Positions 26,290 to 34,877 of a stretch of DNA of 64,000 nt are shown here, one piece after another (the first letter of the stretch is position 1; each line of letters begins with the position of its first letter). Both the position numbers and the translations under genes were made by a program. The notes below the pieces were generated by a model, which was given only the letters and a program-made list of their open reading frames with translations, was not told the DNA's origin and ran no database searches. This DNA comes from Candidatus Woesearchaeota archaeon (GTDB lineage Archaea; Nanobdellota; Nanobdellia; Woesearchaeales; ARS49), in contig JAHWHY010000003.1 of assembly GCA_019323015.1 (NCBI GenBank), forward strand, positions 29,654-93,653, read 5' to 3'.

Positions 26290-26432
26290 TTTGATTTGCC
26301 TCCCCGAATGTCTCGGATAATATCCATATATGTCGGAAGAAATATATATAGTTTCAGCAATTATAATTATTATAGCAATTATAGTAATTACAAACCGAAA
26401 ACTATTTATATGACGCGCTGTGATAGCAGAAT

Positions 26433-27383
26433 ATGAAGCGAAAAGTCAATAGGGTGGGCATAAACACCCTTACAGTAAGCTTGCCTAGCAAATGGGCCAA
26501 GCTTCACAATATCAAGCCAGGAGATGAGCTAGATGTAGTAGAAGAAAATAATACGCTTTCAATAATTAAAGGGCAGTTTGCAAAGAAAAAGAAAGAAATT
26601 CATATTGATATGGATAATCTTGATTATTTTACATTAGCCAAACTGCTGATTGCATGCTATGAAGAAAGTTATGATTCCATAAAACTCACGTTTTCTAAAA
26701 AAACAATACAAGATTCTGTTACAGGAGAAGAAATAGATATTTTCAGAGCAATAGACCGTCTTGTGGGAAGATTGCCTACATTCCAGATATTCAGCCAATC
26801 AAATGAGAGGATAATGCTGGGAGACATATCAGAAAAATTGAGTAAATTGGATATTATAATATCCCGGGTATTCTTTCTTATTGAAGAATATTTATTGCGG
26901 TTGATAGAAGACATAAAAACCGGCGATTTTGCAGATTTAAATGCCAGAGAACCAAGACATGACTCCATAGCAAAACAAATTGCTTTGGCAAATAGGATTT
27001 TAATGGATGATGCCTCTAAATCAAAAAGCGAAATTGTGAACACAATCTTGGTTCTAAATTATTTAGATAAAGCAACAGATTTCATAAGATACGGCTACAA
27101 ACATACACAGCGCCATAATAAAAAAATAAGTAAATCAGGCATCAAATTAATGGAAGATGCAACAGAATATATTAAATTATTTAGAACTTGTTACAACAAA
27201 TGCGAGTATAACAACATTAATAAATTGGATATTTTACGAAGTAAAGTCAAAAAAGCAAATCAAAAGATTGCATCAGCAAATCCTTCAGAATTAATCATTG
27301 TTTCAAATCTCAAATGTTTGGTTGAACTGTTAAATGGTGCAGTAAAGGCAGTAATTGCAATTAAATTAGACAAAGAAAATTAG
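26433..27383 (+). CDS. AbrB/SpoVT-type DNA-binding domain + PhoU-like helical domain regulator
   Basis: KVNRVGINTLTVSLPSKWAKLHNIKPGDELDV is a swapped-hairpin AbrB motif. The long helical C-terminus matches archaeal AbrB-PhoU proteins. Confidence 0.65.
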   Translation: MKRKVNRVGINTLTVSLPSKWAKLHNIKPGDELDVVEENNTLSIIKGQFAKKKKEIHIDMDNLDYFTLAKLLIACYEESYDSIKLTFSKKTIQDSVTGEEIDIFRAIDRLVGRLPTFQIFSQSNERIMLGDISEKLSKLDIIISRVFFLIEEYLLRLIEDIKTGDFADLNAREPRHDSIAKQIALANRILMDDASKSKSEIVNTILVLNYLDKATDFIRYGYKHTQRHNKKISKSGIKLMEDATEYIKLFRTCYNKCEYNNINKLDILRSKVKKANQKIASANPSELIIVSNLKCLVELLNGAVKAVIAIKLDKEN

Positions 27384-27393
27384 AGTTTATTGT

Positions 27394-30003
27394 TCAGTTT
27401 AATTCATTCAAATAATATTGTCGTATTGCCTCATTTTTTTGTGTTTGTTCTCTCTTTCTACGAACTCCTGCGAAAATAGATAATTGCAGCAAACGAACAG
27501 GTTCAAAATATTTATGCATCTCTTCATGTTTCCTTGAATCTGCAGCAAATTCTTCATCATGCTCACTGCGCAGCCGGATATATTCACAAAGATATTGCCG
27601 CCTAGTATCTGAATTCAGTTGTAAATCTATATGCGATAAGAAATAACTGATATCTTCAATCTCTTTTCCTAGATGACTGACTCCAAAGTCCAGAACATAT
27701 CCATTCTTAGTATTCTCTAGTTTCCAATCTCCATGAACAACACAATCACCTTGCTCACGCAGATATAGCTCTGTTTCTTCTATTCTCCTTCCGAGCTCCT
27801 TAACTAAGTTTTTAGAAGGCATATTTTGACGAAATCTTCTTAATTCGCTCCTACTAAAACTAGATAAAGGATTTCTCAAAGATTCGTAATGCGGCTCGCC
27901 TTGTAAAGTCTGATAAATCAAACCAGGCAAGACAATACCTTTCTCTTTTCCGGATTCTTTAAGTGCTTCTGTCGCTTCCTTATGGAATATGCCCATCAAA
28001 TATAAATTATGCAGCACAGGATTCTTACAAAATCCAGATTTTACCAAAGCCGATTGTCCCTGTGCAGTATTGCTCAAAACCATTACACCTATATTATCTA
28101 ATTCCAGATATTCTTTCAATTCTGGCATGAATGCACGCATTGCATTAAGTTCTAAGTCATAAATCCTTTTTTCGTTTTGGCAAATATCCTTCCTAGCAAC
28201 TTTAACCACAACACCGTTTGATGCAAGAACAATGCCAGAGCTGAAACCTCCTTTTAATTCATTACTTGCATCATATTCTTTAATCTTAGCCACAAGAGTT
28301 TCATTTTCAAAACCTGCTTTTGTTAGAAGATCACGAATCAAATCTTCCTCAGAAGGCATTTGCTGAGAGTAAGGAAAACTGCCAGAAATATCTACATGTA
28401 TACCACGCGCCTTTAGTTTTCTGACTGCTTCTGTATTAGCATACTTGCCGTTCTTAATAAGAGTCCAATTAATAGAATCGGGCAGCCTTATTTTCTTTAG
28501 ACTTCCATTCTTAGCAAACTCGTAATCTGGCAAGTCTGAAATATCTGTTACAGGCGTTTCAACTAAATCAATTTCTTCAAGATTTTGATAAGTTTTTAGC
28601 AATGAGAGTTCTTTATTTCCAAACTTATGATTATTTCGCAAATCAATATATTTCAGAGTTACACTCAATGAATCAGAACCTAAACCAGAGTAATTCTTAA
28701 TATTGCCGCACAGGGGCATAATCAAAACTCTTAAATTTTGATAATCTCTGAGAAAATTAACATCTTCTAGTGCCTTACTGCTTGAAATATCCAAATGTCT
28801 TAGTGTTTCCTTCACAGTTAGCGAATCTAATCCAGAAAAATTCTCAATACTGCAATTGCCAAGTTGAAGTATTTCAAGTTGTTTGTAATCATCTAAAAAA
28901 GAAGTGTCCCTTAAAATAGTACTGTTAAGGTTTAAGCTTTGAACTGTAGCCTTAATCGATTCAGAAGCCAGGCCAGAAAAATCAATTCGGCTTTGCTCAA
29001 CAGAAGGAGACAAAGGATTAGAACTGTCTACAGTAAATCCACAGTCTTCAGCATTAATAATCCTCAGCTTTTTGTAGCCTGTTAAAAAAGACACGTCTCG
29101 CAGACCAGTATTATGGCTTAAGTCTAGTTCTTCTAACGTCTCTTTTAAAGATTCAGAATTCAAGCCAGAAAAATCTTCAAGACTTGCGCAACTGGATATA
29201 TCCAAAATCTTTAGGTGTTTGTATCCCTCAAGGAAGGAAACATTATTCAAGCCAGCGCAGTCATTAATATCAAGTATTTCTACTGTTTGTTTAAGTGAAT
29301 CATCATCCAGGCCTGTGAATCTGCGGATATTTCCGCAACTTGCAATGTTTAAATGTACTAAATTTTTATAACCTTTTAAAAAAAGCAAGTCATAGAGGCG
29401 CGTGTTAGTTAGTATCAATTCCTGCAATGTATCTTTCAAATCACCTGAATCTAATCCTTCAGGATGCGAAATAGGGCAATTATCTAAATGCAATACTTTA
29501 AGGCTTTTGTACCTTTTAAGAAAATGAACACGATCTATATCAGCCTGTGCACTAAGATATAATTCTTCAAGAGTTTGTTTTATATGGAATGAATTAAGCG
29601 CTGAAAAATCAGCCACTTCAGAACGGCTCAAATCCAGAGATTTTAGATTCTTGTAATTTTCTAAAAAAACTAAATTTGCCAGTTTGCAGTCAACACCAAG
29701 CTCTAATGATTGCAGAGTTTCCTGCAAATTCTCAGATGCAAGCGGTGTGAAATCAGATATTTTAGCTGCGGAGTTCGAAAGACCTCGACTTTGATATGTG
29801 GCGTATTTCCTCGAATGATTACTTTTCCTGATAATATTTTGCTCATTATGCATAACAAGCTTCTCCAAGTGATTAAATTTCTCTATTCCTGCAAGACTGG
29901 TAAGCCAATCTGACTCCTGCTCTCCAGGAATAACCAAATCACCCCATAGAAGTATGTCCGGCCCTTTATCCTCAATCCAGTCATTCAAACTACGCGTTTC
30001 CAT
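27394..30003 (-). CDS. cytoplasmic LRR protein (about 9 Cys-containing LRR super-repeats) fused to C-terminal kinase-like (APH/ePK-fold) domain
   Basis: Repeats of the form SFLxxYKxLxxLxxxxCxxxxxFSGLxSxSLKETLxxLDLS. C-terminus has VVKVARK, CVVHGDWKLENT (nt 27721-27750) and VLDFG. No signal peptide or TM segment. Confidence 0.75.
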   Translation of the reverse strand: METRSLNDWIEDKGPDILLWGDLVIPGEQESDWLTSLAGIEKFNHLEKLVMHNEQNIIRKSNHSRKYATYQSRGLSNSAAKISDFTPLASENLQETLQSLELGVDCKLANLVFLENYKNLKSLDLSRSEVADFSALNSFHIKQTLEELYLSAQADIDRVHFLKRYKSLKVLHLDNCPISHPEGLDSGDLKDTLQELILTNTRLYDLLFLKGYKNLVHLNIASCGNIRRFTGLDDDSLKQTVEILDINDCAGLNNVSFLEGYKHLKILDISSCASLEDFSGLNSESLKETLEELDLSHNTGLRDVSFLTGYKKLRIINAEDCGFTVDSSNPLSPSVEQSRIDFSGLASESIKATVQSLNLNSTILRDTSFLDDYKQLEILQLGNCSIENFSGLDSLTVKETLRHLDISSSKALEDVNFLRDYQNLRVLIMPLCGNIKNYSGLGSDSLSVTLKYIDLRNNHKFGNKELSLLKTYQNLEEIDLVETPVTDISDLPDYEFAKNGSLKKIRLPDSINWTLIKNGKYANTEAVRKLKARGIHVDISGSFPYSQQMPSEEDLIRDLLTKAGFENETLVAKIKEYDASNELKGGFSSGIVLASNGVVVKVARKDICQNEKRIYDLELNAMRAFMPELKEYLELDNIGVMVLSNTAQGQSALVKSGFCKNPVLHNLYLMGIFHKEATEALKESGKEKGIVLPGLIYQTLQGEPHYESLRNPLSSFSRSELRRFRQNMPSKNLVKELGRRIEETELYLREQGDCVVHGDWKLENTKNGYVLDFGVSHLGKEIEDISYFLSHIDLQLNSDTRRQYLCEYIRLRSEHDEEFAADSRKHEEMHKYFEPVRLLQLSIFAGVRRKREQTQKNEAIRQYYLNELN

Positions 30004-30043
30004 GCAATATTTACCACCCTTTATATCCTCAATATAAGCACTA

Positions 30044-30063
30044 CCCCTTTATAAAGCTTTCGG
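30044..30063 (-). promoter_or_regulatory. BRE/TATA promoter of LRR-kinase gene
   Basis: Minus-strand CCGAAAGCTTTATAAAGGGG about 45 nt upstream of ATG 30003. Confidence 0.45.
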
Positions 30064-30186
30064 TTATTAACCACTCATTAGTGACAAATATAAAGCTCTA
30101 AAACCTTTGAATTCAGGGTTTTCAGGCGTTATTACTCAATCCAATTCGAGCAAACCTATTTTAATACGTTGTTCTTAATCTAATCC

Positions 30187-30609
30187 ATGAATTACTTAAC
30201 TACAGAAGAAGAGGAAGCACTAAAACAATACCGCCCGTTATTGGATTCTGGGAAGCATGCAGATATTACTGTAGATGATATCTTGGAAAGTCTGGATATT
30301 GCATTTCACATTGCTAAAAGCGATCCTAAAGACTTGATGTTCACGTATGAAGCTATATTCAGGGAGTACATGAGTGATAAGTTAAGGGCAGCTTATAGGA
30401 AAAGCAGGATTGAACTGCAGGTTATTCTCCCAAAATTGTTAAAATACGCGATTGAGTTAGGCCCCAAAATCAAGGAATGGGCAGAAGGAAGGCAGCCCAG
30501 AGAAACAATTCCTTTAGAACTAATCCCAGAAAATCACATTTACCTGCTAATTCTTAAGAAATTCGCAGAAACTGCAGAATTAGGTGAGTGGAATACTTTT
30601 GAAGATTAA
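30187..30609 (+). CDS. hypothetical helical protein (140 aa)
   Basis: ORF only. Convergent with, and overlapping by 4 nt, the end of the giant surface-protein gene. Confidence 0.5.
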   Translation: MNYLTTEEEEALKQYRPLLDSGKHADITVDDILESLDIAFHIAKSDPKDLMFTYEAIFREYMSDKLRAAYRKSRIELQVILPKLLKYAIELGPKIKEWAEGRQPRETIPLELIPENHIYLLILKKFAETAELGEWNTFED

Positions 30610-33600
30610 ATAAAAAACATTGTTGCCAAGAAGTAAATTATCAATCCTACAACCACAACGCCGACTGTTATTCCTATTCCAATTGCTTGGCTGTCTTTTG
30701 GTATGCTGTCCAGCCAGCTTGTTGTTGCTCCGCCAGTTATTTGGTTTGTGGCATTTTGTTCATTTGTTATTGTTTGCTTTATTTTGCTGTCTTGCACTTC
30801 ATCTTGTGTTTCATCTTGTGCAGTGTCTTGTGTTAAACCGCCGTCACTGATGCTTATGTTTGCAAATGGCACTACAGATGTTCCTGTGCCCATTGGCTGC
30901 TCAAACTTGTCAAATCTCATCTGTGCTCTTGTGTAATAGTTATTCATGATTATTATTCTTATTTCAGACATTCCGTCATTGTCAAGGTCTATTGCCTTTA
31001 TTTCATAATTTATCAAGGAGTATGGTACATCATGAAGCGTGAAATTCACATGTCCTCTGTCTATGCCGTCCATTCTTAATGTGTAAGTTAAATTATTCAG
31101 TGTTATCACTGCGTTATCTAGCCTGTTCAGTGTTCTTATTTCAGGGCTTCTTTCATCAAGGTTTATTTTCCATGTTCTTGCGTAGAAAGAGCTTCCGCCC
31201 CCTCCACCTCCGCCGCCAGTACGGCGGACAGTTGTGCCTCCACCGCCTCCAGCGCTTGTTACTTGTATGCTTGTTGTGTATGTATAATCAGTTGCGCCGT
31301 ATGAATCTGTGACAGTCAAGGATGCGAATTGATACCCTGTTGTTGAATATGCATGTGTTACTGTTGTATTTGTGGTTGTAATAGTTGTTCCATCACCGAA
31401 GTTCCAGAAGTATGAGACTATTGAATCATTTAATGGCCCTCCTATGTTTGGGTCTGTTGAGCTAGATGCATCAAAAGTAAATGCCTGGTTTACTTGTCTG
31501 CTGCTTGGCGTGAATGTAAAGGATGCTGTTGGTGCAAGGTTTATTACATCAGAAACATTTGCTGCTCCGCTTGCTGTTGCATTGTATGTTATGTTACCTT
31601 GTGTGATTACTCCTGAATAAATCACTTTGTTTGTTATGTTTGCATTTGTTACAGTTACATTGTAAAGTGGAGAGTCATCTATGTGTGAATTGGTTATTGT
31701 TGAATATTGAACAGATGAATTTGCTCCTGTTATTGTTGAGCCTGTGACTGCTGAAGCAAAGACATATGCACCATTTGTGATATTTGAATTCTGGACGTTT
31801 GAAAATCTTCTTACGTCAGCATCATCAATTTTTGAATTTGTGCAGGTTGAATCCCAGATAGAGCCTTGATCAAGACTGCAGTATGATACTGTGGAATTAT
31901 CTATGTTTGAATGATCAGTTAAATTTGAGTGATCCACATTTGAAATATCTATAGATGAATAGTCATCAACAAAAGAGTATGTTACATTTGAGTTCATTAC
32001 CTGGCTGTTTCCTGTTATTGTGCTGCCGGTCAGGTCACTTCCTGGATTTGGCGGGTCTACAAAAGAGTTAAGTATTGTACAATTTGTTCCTTGATAATTT
32101 TTAACAGTGGAGTTTATTACAACACATTTTGTCAATATTGATCCATTTATTACAGAATTTGTTGCATTAACACTCTGCAGTGTGCTGTTGTTCAAGGATG
32201 TTCCGTATAGTATTGAATGATTTGCTTTTGCTCCGTTTGTGAGTGCGCTTCCCTGTTCTATGATATTCTGCACAGTGTAGTTCAAGTAAGTATTATTTAT
32301 GGTTGTATCACCTACACAAGCAACATGTACTGTGTCTGCTCCTAGGTTCAGTCCGCTTATTGTTCCTGAGTGTGTCAGCTGTCCTGTTGTTGTGAAGTCA
32401 TTTGTCATGTTTGCGTATGCTGAATCATTCAAGGACCATCTGCAGCTTGTGTTATATGTTGTTGCAAAGCTTAGTGTGAATGATGTGTTTATTGTAGAGC
32501 CTAATGCTGGGTTAAAACTCATTTTCATTGGAGGCATTGCCACAAATATCCAGTGTGTTGCAGATGCTGCCAAATAATTTGGTGTTCCTGCATAAGTTGC
32601 TGTGACATTGTGTGCTCCTGCAGGTATTGGCCCGAGGTTCCAGGCAGGAGGTATTGTTCCCATTAAGGTTCTGTTAAAATACCAGTTTAGTGTTGCATTT
32701 GGCACGTTTGTGCTTGCATTTACTATTATTGTGGTGTTTGCTGGAACATTTATGTTGCCGTTTGTTCCATTCAAGGTCAAGTTAATCACTGCCTGCACTG
32801 GATTTACAATCAGAACTTGTGATTCATTATCCCCTGTGTAATTTTGTGTTGTGTTATAATAGCATACATATGTGTAATTTCCTGCATTTAATATGGAATT
32901 ATCTGTCAATCCTGGAAGTGCTGCTCCATTTCTTGTCAAAGTAGGCGTAACGCCTGATGGAGTTGCATTGCAGCTTACATTTGCTGCTGTTCCATATGTT
33001 AATGGCGTCTGTAATGATAAAGTTACATTTACTTGTGCTGGAACTATGGTAAAATTTGTTGATATATTTTGTGCAGTATAATTTTGTGTTGCGTTTACAT
33101 AACAAAAATAGGTATATGTTCCTGCTCCCAGTATAGAAATGTCTGGGTTTGCAACAATTGTTCCGTTTCTCATCAATATTGGTGTTACTTGTGTTGTGTT
33201 TGCACTGCAGCTGACATTCGCAGGAGTTCCATACGGTATGCCATTAGGCCGCACTGGCACCATAAAGGACAAGTAAGGATTTGCCTTGTCTATTGTATAA
33301 TTATGCCAAGGCGTGCTGTATTGCAGGCCGTTTGTGTAATTTGCATGCCATCTATAAGTGTAGTTTCCTGCTGCAGGCCAGTTGAAGACTGCATAATAAT
33401 CATATGAAGGTGCTACGTGTGTTGTTGACCTGTTTTGTCCTGCAAAATCTATCCACACTTTATCAACAGTTGCGTTTTGTGTTAATGGTATTGATGAATT
33501 TGTTGTGGCTTGTGCAGTTATCTGGAAGTATATTGAAGTGGCATTTCCGCTGTTTTGCAGGTATGTTGCTGGTGATGCAGGGCTTACATGCATGTTGCTG

Positions 33601-34874
33601 AAGCTGATTGGCGGGTGATTATATACATTTAAGACAATAGACTTGTTGCTGCAATTATTTGCTGCTCCTGAATCATCACATACTGTTATAAGAATACTGT
33701 TCATGCTTGTGTTTGCTGGCGTGAAGTTTACCCATCCAGAGCCTGAATCAATGTCAAATAAGGAAGTATTGTCATAGAATGTCAGCACGTCTCCTGTATC
33801 CACGTCTCCTGCTGTGAATTGAAAGCTGTATGGCAGGTTAACCCATGCGCCTGCAGGAGGTGTTCCTGATGTAAAGAATGGATCATCATTGACAGGTGTT
33901 ATCGTGATTACTACATTATTGCTTGGTGCTGAATAGTTCTGTCCGTCAAATGCTGTGAAATTAACAGTTAACACTCCGTTAAAATCTGCTGCAGGCACCA
34001 GTACTGCTTCTGTTTTATTGTCACCAAGGTCAAACTGATATGAGATTGTCATGTTAGGAACTGTTGAGTTCTTGTATGTGATATATGCTGGCTTATTGTC
34101 TATATCATAAAAATAATCAGATATGTTGAACACATAGCTTGTATCTTCTGCAAATGTTATTGCTGGTATTGTTGTGTTAAAAACAGGCGCGTCATTTACA
34201 GGTGCTACAGTTAAAGTGAACTTTCCTGTTCCTGTCAAGTGGCCGTCAGATGCAGTTATTGTTATCACGCTTGTTCCAAACGCATCTGGTGTTACAGTTG
34301 TGCAGTCAATATATTGGTTGCCTGTTATTGAGCAGTTTGCTACTGTGGTGTTTGATTGGCCTACAATCGTATAAGTCAAATTTGCTGGTGCTGTCCAGTC
34401 ATCTGTTACATTTGCATGCAGGTCAATTAAATTTGTATTCATGCCAGAGTCTTCATTTATTAAAGCATTAGGCAAAGCACTTAGGTCTGGCGGTCTGTTT
34501 GGCCCCTTGAATGTCACATTTAATGTTTGTGTCTGTACTGTATTGCTTCTGTCATATACTATTGCATGATAGGATTCGTTTTTTTGTATGCCAGAAAGTC
34601 GGGATGTTGTATAAATGCATTGTGCTGCAAATCCGCAGTTGTGTGTTGCTGTGTAGTTTCCATTGACATAAAAGTCTATGTGCGAGATTCCCGGGCTTGG
34701 CCAGCTGTCTATTGCGCTCACTCTTACTGTTACAGAGTTCCAGACCAGTGTTCCTGGTTGTGCTGTTATTCCCACGCTTGGTGCTGGATCTGGCACTTGT
34801 GCTGCTGCAAAGCTGGCACTGACTAATAATAATAGCATAAAGGGCAGTAATTTTATTAACTTCATTTTATTCAT
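30606..34874 (-). CDS. giant surface protein (1422 aa): signal peptide, cadherin-like/Ig-like repeats, tandem Ig-like modules, beta-helix-like N/S/T-rich region, PKD domain, Gly runs, C-terminal TM anchor
   Basis: Signal peptide LLLLVSASFAAAQV; VNDAPVF and VNDDPFF domain junctions. PKD motif FDASSSTDP...WNFGDGT...HAY...TVTD at nt 31260-31532. GGGGG...GGGGGGGG at 31191-31253. TM segment IGIGITVGVVVVGLIIYFLATMFFI. Dozens of NxS/T sequons. Confidence 0.85.
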   Translation of the reverse strand: MNKMKLIKLLPFMLLLLVSASFAAAQVPDPAPSVGITAQPGTLVWNSVTVRVSAIDSWPSPGISHIDFYVNGNYTATHNCGFAAQCIYTTSRLSGIQKNESYHAIVYDRSNTVQTQTLNVTFKGPNRPPDLSALPNALINEDSGMNTNLIDLHANVTDDWTAPANLTYTIVGQSNTTVANCSITGNQYIDCTTVTPDAFGTSVITITASDGHLTGTGKFTLTVAPVNDAPVFNTTIPAITFAEDTSYVFNISDYFYDIDNKPAYITYKNSTVPNMTISYQFDLGDNKTEAVLVPAADFNGVLTVNFTAFDGQNYSAPSNNVVITITPVNDDPFFTSGTPPAGAWVNLPYSFQFTAGDVDTGDVLTFYDNTSLFDIDSGSGWVNFTPANTSMNSILITVCDDSGAANNCSNKSIVLNVYNHPPISFSNMHVSPASPATYLQNSGNATSIYFQITAQATTNSSIPLTQNATVDKVWIDFAGQNRSTTHVAPSYDYYAVFNWPAAGNYTYRWHANYTNGLQYSTPWHNYTIDKANPYLSFMVPVRPNGIPYGTPANVSCSANTTQVTPILMRNGTIVANPDISILGAGTYTYFCYVNATQNYTAQNISTNFTIVPAQVNVTLSLQTPLTYGTAANVSCNATPSGVTPTLTRNGAALPGLTDNSILNAGNYTYVCYYNTTQNYTGDNESQVLIVNPVQAVINLTLNGTNGNINVPANTTIIVNASTNVPNATLNWYFNRTLMGTIPPAWNLGPIPAGAHNVTATYAGTPNYLAASATHWIFVAMPPMKMSFNPALGSTINTSFTLSFATTYNTSCRWSLNDSAYANMTNDFTTTGQLTHSGTISGLNLGADTVHVACVGDTTINNTYLNYTVQNIIEQGSALTNGAKANHSILYGTSLNNSTLQSVNATNSVINGSILTKCVVINSTVKNYQGTNCTILNSFVDPPNPGSDLTGSTITGNSQVMNSNVTYSFVDDYSSIDISNVDHSNLTDHSNIDNSTVSYCSLDQGSIWDSTCTNSKIDDADVRRFSNVQNSNITNGAYVFASAVTGSTITGANSSVQYSTITNSHIDDSPLYNVTVTNANITNKVIYSGVITQGNITYNATASGAANVSDVINLAPTASFTFTPSSRQVNQAFTFDASSSTDPNIGGPLNDSIVSYFWNFGDGTTITTTNTTVTHAYSTTGYQFASLTVTDSYGATDYTYTTSIQVTSAGGGGGTTVRRTGGGGGGGGSSFYARTWKINLDERSPEIRTLNRLDNAVITLNNLTYTLRMDGIDRGHVNFTLHDVPYSLINYEIKAIDLDNDGMSEIRIIIMNNYYTRAQMRFDKFEQPMGTGTSVVPFANISISDGGLTQDTAQDETQDEVQDSKIKQTITNEQNATNQITGGATTSWLDSIPKDSQAIGIGITVGVVVVGLIIYFLATMFFI
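32799..33242. repeat. tandem duplicated about 75-aa module inside the surface-protein gene
   Basis: ANVSCSANTTQVTPILMRNG...GTYTYFCYVNATQNYT aligns with ANVSCNATPSGVTPTLTRNG...GNYTYVCYYNTTQNYT. Confidence 0.8.
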
Positions 34875-34877
34875 TTT

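Noticed and set aside
28500-29750. Periodic DNA similarity in the LRR gene, considered as a tandem repeat or CRISPR-like array
   Set aside because: The periodicity (about 140 nt) is in-frame and corresponds to diverged LRR super-repeats in an uninterrupted 869-aa ORF.
17597-30186. Calling the whole region an integrated mobile element or provirus
   Set aside because: I recognised no integrase, transposase, capsid, terminase or replication-initiator gene. Only repeat scars and accessory-type gene content are present, so it is described as an accessory island with rearrangement footprints.
31191-31253. GC-rich C/G run in an AT-rich genome, considered as a G-quadruplex or foreign insert
   Set aside because: It is in-frame and encodes GGGGGTTVRRTGGGGGGGG linker runs of the surface protein. 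No independent signal was seen.
30620-34826. More than a dozen 60-112-aa ORFs on the plus strand (and 32899-33105 on the minus strand in another frame) inside the giant surface-protein gene
   Set aside because: These are shadow ORFs of a 4.3-kb gene with biased (A/C-rich coding strand) composition. The translations are Cys/Leu/Val-rich nonsense.
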